In this document: in pieces, positions 1 through 8,122 of the stretch
How positions within the stretch are numbered: position 1 is the first letter of the stretch
Layout of the letters: each line of letters begins with the position of its first letter
DNA from: an uncultured Clostridium sp.
Lineage (GTDB): Bacteria > Bacillota > Clostridia > TANB77 > CAG-508
Assembly (NCBI GenBank): GCA_900553365.1
Contig: USDL01000002.1
Location: 14,815-78,814, forward strand
Length of the DNA stretch: 64,000 nucleotides
Reading direction: 5' to 3'
Position numbers and translations under genes: made by a program
The notes under the pieces: generated by a model
The model's database searches: none
What the model was told of the DNA's origin: nothing
Seen by the model: the letters and a program-made list of their open reading frames with translations, nothing else

Positions 1-1815
1 TGTTACATTAGGCATGCTAATTTTTTCGTCCACTTCTTCCGTTTTTTTGGTAATTTCAAGATATGGTAAAACTTCTCCTAAAATTTCTCCTGCAACTGGT
101 GCTGCAACACCACCTCCTTGATGTCCGCCCTCTCCTGTTGGGTTGTATAATATAACAACAATTACTACCTCAGGGTTTGTTATATCTGCTACTCCTACAA
201 ATGAAGCAATACGTTTTCCTGTATTTACCCCATCTTCTGAAGTTCCCGTTTTTCCTCCTACATTATATCCTTCAACTCGAGCATTTTTTCCTGTTCCTTC
301 ATCTACAACTGATTGCATCATGCTTAATACTTTTTCTGCATTTTCTTTTGATATAACTTGCTCTCCTTCTTCTATTGTTATATCCTTTTTTTCTCCAGTT
401 TTAGAATCTATTATAGACTTTACAAGTCTTGGATGCACTGCTGTTCCACCATTTGCAATCGTTCCTACAATTTTTGCCATCTGTATTGGAGTTATTTCAA
501 ATCTCTGCCCAAAGCTAATTGTTGCAAGTTCTACTGGTCCTACTTTTTCTTCTTTTAGGAAAATGCTGTTTGCTTCTCCAGGTATGTCTATTCCAGTTCT
601 TGATAGAAGTCCAAATTTTTCCAAATAATTATAATATGTATGAATTCCAAGTTTTTGCCCAATGCCTATAAATACTGGGTTGCAAGAATTCATTAACGCC
701 TGTCTTAAGCTTTGGCTTCCGTGTGGTCTATAATATCTCCAGCATTTTATTCTTGCTCCTGCTATTGTTATTGAACCTGAACAATTAAATTCTCCTGCTT
801 TATCTGTATCAGTAATTCCCTCTTGCAAAGCAGCTGAAGATGTAACTAATTTGAATGTTGAACCAGGTTCATAAGTATCTGATATTGCTTTATTTCTCCA
901 CATTTGAAGTAAATAATTGCTTCTTTCTCCTCCGCTTAAAGTATCCCAAACAGCTTTTAATTCCTCATTATTTATTTGATATGGAGAGTTTAAGTCGTAA
1001 TTTGGATATGTTGCCATTGCTAGAATATCTCCATTTTTAGGGTTCATTATTATAACATTTCCACCATCTGTACAAACATTATCTATACATGCTTGTTTTA
1101 AATATTTTTCTGCTATTGATTGAATTGTCATATCTATTGTAAGTACAATGTCATCACCGTTTTCTGCTGCAATGTAATCTTCTCCCTCTATTCCCATATC
1201 TGTTCCAGTTGCATCCGTAAGTTTTAAAATTTTTCCTTGTGATCCTCTTAATGTATCATCGTAGTAGCTCTCTAATCCTTCCAATCCTTGATTATCACTA
1301 CCTGTAAATCCTATAATATTTGAAGCTAGCGTACTATATGGGTAATATCTTTTAGTATCTTCATCTATGTTAACACCTGCACTTATGTTATTTTCATTCA
1401 GCCAAATTCTTAATTTATCTGTTTTTTCTTTATCAACTTTTTTTACTATTATTTCTATTGATGTTCTTTTATTTGCTTTTTTTAAAATTTTCTCATAATC
1501 TAGCTCAAAAATATCAGCCATAGCTCTTGCAACTTTTTCTTTGTTATCTTTTGATATATTAGTTGGATTAATTGAAACTGTTTCTGTGCTTGCACTTACA
1601 GCTAATTCTATATTTCCACTTCTATCGAGTATTCTACCACGTTTTGGATTAATGGCTCTATTTAATGTTTGCTGGCTATATGCCATTGCTTGAAGCTCTG
1701 AGCCTTGAACTATTTGTATAAAACCTATTCTTGTAATTAATGCAATTTGAACAATGAGTATAACAAAGAGCATATTTCTTAATCTTCTTTTTCTTCCAAC
1801 ATCCGAAAACCACAT
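1..1815 (-). CDS. Class B penicillin-binding protein / peptidoglycan transpeptidase (FtsI/SpoVD/PBP2B-like); 3' end runs off window
   Basis: Open minus frame from ATG at 1815 (RBS AAGAGGTG) to the window edge. Absent from the ORF track because there is no stop in the window. Hand translation gives an N-terminal TM anchor (LFVILIVQIALI) and motifs STFK (SxxK), SCN (SxN), KTGT. Follows mraZ-rsmH-ftsL. Confidence 0.85.
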   Translation of the reverse strand, partial: MWFSDVGRKRRLRNMLFVILIVQIALITRIGFIQIVQGSELQAMAYSQQTLNRAINPKRGRILDRSGNIELAVSASTETVSINPTNISKDNKEKVARAMADIFELDYEKILKKANKRTSIEIIVKKVDKEKTDKLRIWLNENNISAGVNIDEDTKRYYPYSTLASNIIGFTGSDNQGLEGLESYYDDTLRGSQGKILKLTDATGTDMGIEGEDYIAAENGDDIVLTIDMTIQSIAEKYLKQACIDNVCTDGGNVIIMNPKNGDILAMATYPNYDLNSPYQINNEELKAVWDTLSGGERSNYLLQMWRNKAISDTYEPGSTFKLVTSSAALQEGITDTDKAGEFNCSGSITIAGARIKCWRYYRPHGSQSLRQALMNSCNPVFIGIGQKLGIHTYYNYLEKFGLLSRTGIDIPGEANSIFLKEEKVGPVELATISFGQRFEITPIQMAKIVGTIANGGTAVHPRLVKSIIDSKTGEKKDITIEEGEQVISKENAEKVLSMMQSVVDEGTGKNARVEGYNVGGKTGTSEDGVNTGKRIASFVGVADITNPEVVIVVILYNPTGEGGHQGGGVAAPVAGEILGEVLPYLEITKKTEEVDEKISMPNVT

Positions 1816-1861
1816 AAAAAAACACCTCTTTTGATTTTATTCAAAATGGTGTGTTTTATAA

Positions 1862-2371
1862 CTATTTAAAAAGCTTGGTTAAGTAATTTCCTATTGTTTT
1901 TAGTATTCCGTTGTTTTCTTCAATAACTACTTGTTCTGTTGCTGCTTCAATATAGTCAGTTTTTGGAAGTGAAACATACTCTGTTTGCTTGTTTGTTAGC
2001 TTTTGCATTCCTAATATACTTCTTGCTTGCTGTTCTAAGTTTGTAAGGTTTAAGCTACTTTCTATTGATACTTCTAGTTGTGCATTTTCCTTTTCTACTG
2101 TTGCAAGTTCTGATTTTAAAGACTGTACTTTTTCAAAGTTTTCATCAATTTGAGCGTTTCTATATGTTATTGCAAAAAGAATTGCAAATGTGATAGATAA
2201 AAACATCATAATTTTTGCTTTTAATTTTGCTTCTTCTTGTTGTTTTTTCGTAGCTTTTGCTTTTTTATCTTTTTGCTTTTTATTGTCTGTTTCTTTTTTC
2301 TTAGATGCATAATAAGGCTCTAGTTTTCTTGGACTTGTTTCATATTCATATCTGCTATAACCTCTAGCCAT
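1862..2371 (-). CDS. FtsL/DivIC-like cell-division protein
   Basis: Likely start is ATG at 2371, 8 nt after GGAGG. Lys-rich N-terminus, one TM (IMMFLSITFAILFAITY), coiled-coil C-terminus. Sits between rsmH and the PBP. Confidence 0.6.
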   Translation of the reverse strand: MARGYSRYEYETSPRKLEPYYASKKKETDNKKQKDKKAKATKKQQEEAKLKAKIMMFLSITFAILFAITYRNAQIDENFEKVQSLKSELATVEKENAQLEVSIESSLNLTNLEQQARSILGMQKLTNKQTEYVSLPKTDYIEAATEQVVIEENNGILKTIGNYLTKLFK

Positions 2372-2386
2372 TATTTGCACCTCCTT

Positions 2387-3316
2387 TTAAAATTTTTCAA
2401 ATATTCTTAATTTTGCACTTCTGCTTCTTGAATTATTTTCCATTTCCTCTTGTGTAGGTAAAATTGGTTTTTTAGTAATTATTTTTCCTTTTGGCTTGTT
2501 TCCACATACACAGTATGGTAAATCTGGTGGGCATGTACATTTTCCTATGCTATCTTGGTAAGCTTCTTTAACTGCTCTGTCTTCTAAAGAATGAAATGCT
2601 ATTACACATAATCTTCCACCTGCTTTTAATGTATCTATTGCATTAATTACTGTGTTGTATAATGGTTCTATTTCATTGTTTACTTCTATTCTAATTGCTT
2701 GAAATGTTCTTTTTGCTGGATGTCCTACCTGAGCTTGTTTTGGAACACATTTTTCTATTATTTCCACTAGTTCTGCTGTTGTTTCTATTCGTTTTGTTTT
2801 TCTATATTCGCAAATTTTTCTTGCTATTACCCTTGAAAATTTTTCTTCTCCGTATTTGTAAATTATATCTGCAAGTTTTTCTTCCGGATATTCATTTACT
2901 ACCTTTTCTGCTGTTAATTCTTGAGTTCTATCCATTCTCATGTCTAGTGGACTATTCTTAATGTAGCTAAATCCTCTTGTTTCTTCATCTATTTGATATG
3001 ATGAAACTCCTAAATCTAATAAAATTCCATCAACTTTATCTATATTAAGTTTTTCTATTATTTCCTTAATATTATCATGATTATCTTGAACATATATAAC
3101 ATTAGTAAATTGTTTTAGTGTATCTTTTGCTTTTTTTATTGCTTCTTCATCTCTGTCTATTCCTATAAGAGTTCCAGTATTTTCTAAAGCTGTTGCTATC
3201 TTTTTACTATGCCCTGCTCCTCCTAAAGTACCATCTACATATATTCCATTTTTTCTTATGTTTAATCCTTCAATACATTCATTCAGTAATACAGGAATAT
3301 GCTCAAATTCTTTCAT
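2387..3316 (-). CDS. rsmH: 16S rRNA (cytosine1402-N4)-methyltransferase RsmH
   Basis: HIPVLLNE, DGTLGGAGHS, LLDLGVSSYQID and RSRSAKLR motifs; dcw context. Confidence 0.92.
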   Translation of the reverse strand: MKEFEHIPVLLNECIEGLNIRKNGIYVDGTLGGAGHSKKIATALENTGTLIGIDRDEEAIKKAKDTLKQFTNVIYVQDNHDNIKEIIEKLNIDKVDGILLDLGVSSYQIDEETRGFSYIKNSPLDMRMDRTQELTAEKVVNEYPEEKLADIIYKYGEEKFSRVIARKICEYRKTKRIETTAELVEIIEKCVPKQAQVGHPAKRTFQAIRIEVNNEIEPLYNTVINAIDTLKAGGRLCVIAFHSLEDRAVKEAYQDSIGKCTCPPDLPYCVCGNKPKGKIITKKPILPTQEEMENNSRSRSAKLRIFEKF

Positions 3317-3697
3317 TTATCTTCAACCTCTAATTCATTGTTTTTTAACAACACTTTAGCAGTTGGCAAATGCTTATACCAACTGCTGCCTATTGTATGC
3401 TAATTAAAATCTTTAGTTTGTAACGGTTTGGCTTTTGTAGATGTTTTTTACTCATTTGTATCATTTCCTTAAAAATATTTTTTTCTTTTGTTTCTTCTTT
3501 TCTTTTGTATTGTTAAAATTTTTATCTTTTGTTTTTGTTGGTTGTTTAATATGTGCTATCGTTTTTTTCGTTTTTTAATAATATCTTTTGTTTTTCTTTG
3601 TTTATTTTCAATCTTTTGTTTTTTTACTCTTTAGTTTTAAATAGTTCTTTTGTTTATTAATACTTTATCTTTAGTTTTCTATATAAACTTTTGCAAG

Positions 3698-4135
3698 TTA
3701 TATACCTAAATCTAAGTTTGCCATTTTTTCTGCAATGTCATCTGCTTCATTATTTTCTTTTTCACTATATTCTAGCCATTTTTCTTTGCTCCAAATTTCT
3801 ATTTTATTTAGAACACCTATTATGACTACTTCTTTTTCAAGCCCTGCAAACTCTCTTAAATTGCTTGCTATTAGAAATCTTCCTTGCTTATCTATCTCAC
3901 ATTCCATTGCTCCTGCTAAGAAAAATCTCATTAAAGCTCTAGCATCTTTGTTGGTAAGTGGAAAAGTTCTTAATTTTTCTTCAAAGTTTTGCCATTCTTT
4001 TTTTGAATACACAAACAAACATCCATCTAAACCTTTGGTAATTACAAAATTCTCTCCTATGTCGTCTTTTAACTTTGCTGGCATTATTAATCTACCTTTT
4101 GTATCGATTGAGTGTGCATATTCACCTATTAACAA
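3698..4135 (-). CDS. mraZ: Transcriptional regulator MraZ
   Basis: 145 aa with two SpoVT/AbrB-like halves (IDTKGRLIMPAKL... and IDKQGRFLIASNL...). Confidence 0.92.
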   Translation of the reverse strand: MLIGEYAHSIDTKGRLIMPAKLKDDIGENFVITKGLDGCLFVYSKKEWQNFEEKLRTFPLTNKDARALMRFFLAGAMECEIDKQGRFLIASNLREFAGLEKEVVIIGVLNKIEIWSKEKWLEYSEKENNEADDIAEKMANLDLGI

Positions 4136-4276
4136 AACTTTTCACCTCTTTTTTCGGTTACCACTTTCTACCACTTTTCCCCACTTCGCTACCATTGTAT
4201 ACTATAAAAAATAAAAATGCAATAGTTTTTTGAAAATTTTTTTAATTTTTTCAAAAAAATTGCATTTTTTTATTCT

Positions 4277-4396
4277 GGTCCCGACGGTGGGACCACTCGC
4301 CCTCGCGTCACAAAAATAGTCCACCGGACTATTTTTACCTGCGTTTAGGCTGGCCTTAACCAGCCTAAACTTGGCACGTTCCTTTTCGAGTCCCAC
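4277..4396 (-). other. Structured ~120-nt segment ending in a duplicate of the tRNA-Leu 3' end (tRNA fragment / possible att scar)
   Basis: Plus-strand tggtcccgacggtgggac at 4277-4294 is identical to 4445-4462 (tRNA-Leu 3' end incl. CCA). Upstream are two perfect hairpins (tttaggctgg..ccagcctaaa; aaaaatagtcc..ggactattttt). The ORF-track ORF 4202..4396 here is spurious. Confidence 0.5.
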
Positions 4397-4411
4397 TTTT
4401 GTGTTTCTCTA

Positions 4412-4440
4412 AAAAAGTCAAAGCAAAACTTTGACTTTTT
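4412..4440 (-). terminator. Rho-independent terminator downstream of tRNA-Leu
   Basis: 12-bp stem AAAAAGTCAAAG/CTTTGACTTTTT with a 5-nt loop, flanked by T/A runs on both strands. Confidence 0.7.
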
Positions 4441-4444
4441 ATTA

Positions 4445-4527
4445 TGGTCCCGACGGTGGGACTCGAACCCACATGGTTTCCCGCACGATTTTGAGTCGTG
4501 TGCGTCTGCCAGTTCCGCCACATCGGG
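4445..4527 (-). tRNA. tRNA-Leu(CAA)
   Basis: Minus strand CCCGATG..GGCGGAACTGGCAGACGC..CACGA CTCAAAA TCGTG..long variable arm..TGGGTTCGAGTCCCA..CGTCGGG A CCA. Cloverleaf folds by hand; anticodon loop is CUCAAAA. Confidence 0.9.
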
Positions 4528-4553
4528 ATGTTTAGGGCTATTTTTAAGCCCTG

Positions 4554-4724
4554 TTATACTTTGTAAGAATTTTTTGGATCTCTTCTATCATTTTTTCTTC
4601 TGTCTTCTTTTCTTTTATTCTCAATTACTTTTTCGTTTTCTTTTCTTCTATCTTCTCCTGATCTTCTGTCTTTTTTTCTTCTCTCTTCAAACATTTTTCC
4701 TTTTGAATCAATTACCATGTTCAT
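4554..4724 (-). CDS. Small highly basic protein (56 aa) with repeated (D/E)RR motifs
   Basis: Below the ORF-track size cutoff. AGGAGG lies 5 nt before ATG at 4724. Translation: MNMVIDSKGKMFEERRKKDRRSGEDRRKENEKVIENKRKEDRRKNDRRDPKNSYKV. Immediately downstream of murD. Confidence 0.5.
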   Translation of the reverse strand: MNMVIDSKGKMFEERRKKDRRSGEDRRKENEKVIENKRKEDRRKNDRRDPKNSYKV

Positions 4725-4731
4725 TCCTCCT

Positions 4732-6129
4732 TTACAAATTTTTTACTAATTCTTTAAATTTATTTCCTCTTTCCTCAAAATTTTTAAACATATCAAAACT
4801 TGCACTTGCTGGTGAAAATAGTATTACTTGATTTGGCTTTGCATATTCTTTGGCTTTTTGTACTGCGTCTTCTAAGGTATTTGCTTTATATATATCTATT
4901 TTAACATTTTGCTCTTCTTCCTTTTGCTTAACTGCATTAAATATCTTTGTTGATGTTTGCCCAATTAAAATTAGTGTTTTTACTTTTTTTAGTATTGGTT
5001 CAGCAATCGGTTCATAGTCTAAATGTTTATCATATCCTCCTGCTATTAATACAATGTCTTCTTCAAAAGAGTTTAAACCTGCTATTGTTCTTGTTGGGCT
5101 TGATGCTATTGAATCATTATACCACTTGTTTCCATTTATTTGTCTTACAAATTCTAATCTGTGTTTTACTCCTTCAAATCCTAATATGGCTTTTGTTTGA
5201 GTTTCAATATCTACAAGCTCATTTGTTGCTGCTATTGCTGCACATATATTTTCAGCATTATGTATTCCTCTTAATTTTGTATCTTTTAGTTTTAGTATGT
5301 GTCTTCTAAGTCCATCTTCTGCTATTTTAACAATTCCATTATCAAAAATTACTCCATTATCCAATTTTTCTTTACTGCTAAAAAATGTAATCCTTGATTT
5401 TGCTGTTTTTGCAAAATTTCTTGTTATATCATTATCATAATTTAATACAAGTTTATCGTTTTCATCTTGATTTTTGAATATGTTTGCTTTCGCATTTATA
5501 TATTCTTCATAAGATTTATGTATATCTAAATGATTTGGTGTTACATTTGTTATAACTGCAACATTTGGACTTTTTTTCATTGTCATTAACTGAAAACTAC
5601 TTAATTCTAATACTACAATATCTTCAGGTCTCATCTCCTTAATTTGTGTAAACAACGGATTTCCTATATTTCCTCCTAAATAACACTTATATTTGCTTTT
5701 TAGAATTTCATATATTAATGATGTTGTAGTTGTTTTTCCATCACTTCCAGTTACTGCAATTATTTTGCAAGGTGCTAATTCTAAAACTAATTCTATCTCT
5801 GATGTAAGACGTGCTCCTCTTTTTACTTCTGCTTCTATTTCTGGTAAATCTGGTCTACATGATGGTGATTTAAAGATTATATCAAATTCTTTTAAGTTTG
5901 ACAAGTAATTCTCGCCAAAATGTTTTTCTATTTTGTATTTTTCAATTTTTTTTAAAATATCATTATCTATTTTTTCTTCATTTCTTTTATCAAATACTGT
6001 AACAATGCCTTGTTTTTCTTGCATATATTCTATAAGTGGTCCATTGCTTACTCCTAAGCCGATTATAGCAACTTTTTTATTTTTAAGCCAATTATTAAAT
6101 TCTTCCAATTTTTCATTTATATAATTCAT
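4732..6129 (-). CDS. murD: UDP-N-acetylmuramoylalanine--D-glutamate ligase MurD
   Basis: 465 aa; N-terminal GLGVSN Rossmann motif, Mur ligase P-loop VTGSDGKTTT, C-terminal domain. Confidence 0.9.
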   Translation of the reverse strand: MNYINEKLEEFNNWLKNKKVAIIGLGVSNGPLIEYMQEKQGIVTVFDKRNEEKIDNDILKKIEKYKIEKHFGENYLSNLKEFDIIFKSPSCRPDLPEIEAEVKRGARLTSEIELVLELAPCKIIAVTGSDGKTTTTSLIYEILKSKYKCYLGGNIGNPLFTQIKEMRPEDIVVLELSSFQLMTMKKSPNVAVITNVTPNHLDIHKSYEEYINAKANIFKNQDENDKLVLNYDNDITRNFAKTAKSRITFFSSKEKLDNGVIFDNGIVKIAEDGLRRHILKLKDTKLRGIHNAENICAAIAATNELVDIETQTKAILGFEGVKHRLEFVRQINGNKWYNDSIASSPTRTIAGLNSFEEDIVLIAGGYDKHLDYEPIAEPILKKVKTLILIGQTSTKIFNAVKQKEEEQNVKIDIYKANTLEDAVQKAKEYAKPNQVILFSPASASFDMFKNFEERGNKFKELVKNL

Positions 6130-6156
6130 ATTTGTTTTCCTTTCATGAAAAAGCTT

Positions 6157-6618
6157 TTATAAAAGTTTTAGAATATCTAATAAAACATTTTCTGCAACTT
6201 CTTTTTTCATTTGACATCTTTCTTTACCTGTGGGTGATACTATTCTGTCAGTATACTCATTTTTGTCTTTAAAATAAATTGAATAATATACCTTTGGTTC
6301 TTTATTAATTGTATTTCCAAGTTCTCCCGTTATTCCCACTCCAATGTTGCTATCTGCAAATTTTGCTACATTCTTTGCCATTTCCTTTGCAGTTTCCATA
6401 CTATATACAGTATAATTTTCTATAATATTTTTGTCAACACCAAACTTTTCTTTATATACAGTTGAGTAGGTTACCAAGCTTACTTTTAATACATTTGAAG
6501 CTCCAGATATGTTTGTTATGCTATTTGCTAAAAAACCACCTGTACATGATTCCATAAATGATATTGTTCTATTTTGTTTTTCTAAATTTCTTACTATTTT
6601 TTCACAAATTTCTTCCAT
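6157..6618 (-). CDS. CinA C-terminal domain / nicotinamide-nucleotide amidase PncC-like
   Basis: 153 aa; ESCTGG motif and overall CinA_C-like sequence. Confidence 0.75.
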   Translation of the reverse strand: MEEICEKIVRNLEKQNRTISFMESCTGGFLANSITNISGASNVLKVSLVTYSTVYKEKFGVDKNIIENYTVYSMETAKEMAKNVAKFADSNIGVGITGELGNTINKEPKVYYSIYFKDKNEYTDRIVSPTGKERCQMKKEVAENVLLDILKLL

Positions 6619-6633
6619 ACTTTTTACCTATTT

Positions 6634-7611
6634 TTATTCAAAAATTTCTCCTGTTTGAATTAAATTTCCTCTTAGAAAATCTTGCACTAACATTTTCTTT
6701 GCATTTTCAGCTTGAACTTCTTGCAATATAAGTATTCCTTCTTTAGCTTTTACAAATAGTCCATTTTTTATGTCTGAGTATATTACGGCTCCTTCTGCCA
6801 TGTTTTCTAAGTTTGAAACATACTCACTAAATTCTGGGTGGTCTTCTATAAAGTCGTTTAATTCTATACATCCGGCTCTCCATATTTTAATTTTTTTACC
6901 TTTGTATGTTGTATATGCTCCCATTATTGGGTTTAATCCTCTTACTAGATTTTTAATTTCTTTTGCTGTTTTATTTTCCCAGTCTATTCTTGCCATTTCT
7001 TTATTTAACATTGGTGCCATTGTGAAATCTGAAGGTTGTTTTTTTCTTGGAGCTGTTCCATTTTCTATTTTTTTAAGTGTTTCTACTAGAAGATTTGCTC
7101 CAATTTTAGATAATCTTTCCCACAATTCTCCTGTTGTTTCATTTTCACCTATTTCAACTTCTTCTTGCAAAATCATGTCTCCTGTATCCATTCCTTCATC
7201 CATATACATTGTTGTTATTCCTGTTTTCTTATCTCCATTTAAAACAGACCATTGTATTGGTGCTGCTCCCCTATATTTAGGAAGAAGAGAACCATGTACA
7301 TTTATTGAACCTTTTTTTGGAATGTCTAATATATCTTTTGGTAAGATTTTTCCATAAGCCACAACACAGAATAAATCTGGATTTAATTGTACCAATGTGT
7401 CTTTTATTTCCCTTATTTTTTCTGGTTGAAGAACAGGAATATTTTTTTCTACTGCAAATTCTTTTACTGGGGATGCAATCATCTTCATTCCTCTTCCCTT
7501 TGGTCTATCTGGATTTGTTATAACTGCAATTATGTTGTGTCCTGCATTATATATTGCCTCCAAGGATTCTTTTGCAAAATCTGGAGTTCCCATAAAAATT
7601 ATGTTTAACAT
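6634..7611 (-). CDS. fmt: Methionyl-tRNA formyltransferase
   Basis: FMGTPDFA N-terminus, HGSLLPKYRGAAPIQW motif; adjacent to def. Confidence 0.93.
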   Translation of the reverse strand: MLNIIFMGTPDFAKESLEAIYNAGHNIIAVITNPDRPKGRGMKMIASPVKEFAVEKNIPVLQPEKIREIKDTLVQLNPDLFCVVAYGKILPKDILDIPKKGSINVHGSLLPKYRGAAPIQWSVLNGDKKTGITTMYMDEGMDTGDMILQEEVEIGENETTGELWERLSKIGANLLVETLKKIENGTAPRKKQPSDFTMAPMLNKEMARIDWENKTAKEIKNLVRGLNPIMGAYTTYKGKKIKIWRAGCIELNDFIEDHPEFSEYVSNLENMAEGAVIYSDIKNGLFVKAKEGILILQEVQAENAKKMLVQDFLRGNLIQTGEIFE

Positions 7612-7622
7612 TTTTTATCTCC

Positions 7623-8099
7623 TTACTTCTCTGGTTTAATTATTTCTAGTGTTCCTGGTATTATTTTATCTATAAATACTTCTCCATTTAAGTGGTCTAT
7701 TTCATGGCTTATTGCTTGTGCTAAAAGTCCTTTGCCTGAAATTTCTATTTTTTTGCCTTTTTCATTAATTGCTCTAATTTTAATATTTTCTGGTCTTTCT
7801 ATTTTTGCAAATTTATTTGGAAAACTTAGGCATCCTTCTTCAACTATTTGTGTTCCACTTTGTGATATTATTTCAGGATTAATTATTACATGTATTGGTT
7901 TGTCTTCCGCTTCTTGTATTACAACAATTTGTTTTAATATTCCAACTTGAACAGCAGCCAACCCAACTCCTTCATATTTATGCAATGTTTCTATCATATC
8001 GTTTATTAATTCTATTATTTTTTCATCAATTACTTCGACTTTTTTTGATTTTTTCTTTAAAATCTCGTCTCCTTCTGTTCTAATTGTTCTAATTGCCAT
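7623..8099 (-). CDS. def: Peptide deformylase
   Basis: GVGLAAVQVG, EGCLSFP and HEIDHLNG metal-binding motifs. Confidence 0.93.
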   Translation of the reverse strand: MAIRTIRTEGDEILKKKSKKVEVIDEKIIELINDMIETLHKYEGVGLAAVQVGILKQIVVIQEAEDKPIHVIINPEIISQSGTQIVEEGCLSFPNKFAKIERPENIKIRAINEKGKKIEISGKGLLAQAISHEIDHLNGEVFIDKIIPGTLEIIKPEK

Positions 8100-8122
8100 T
8101 ATTCCATTCTCCCTTCTTTAAT

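Noticed and set aside
143-628. 161-aa plus-strand ORF, and similar long plus-strand ORFs (3735..4214, 6770..7357, 9788..10276, 20555..21043, 24800..25381, 39016..39627, 61862..62647 and others)
   Set aside because: All lie antisense to minus-strand genes with strong family motifs. Their translations are low-complexity Phe/Leu/Ser/Ile-rich, as expected from the complement of AT-rich coding DNA.
4202-4396. 64-aa ORF on the minus strand
   Set aside because: It overlaps the GC-rich tRNA-Leu-like remnant and hairpins, has no RBS, and the sequence is better explained as structured RNA or an att scar.
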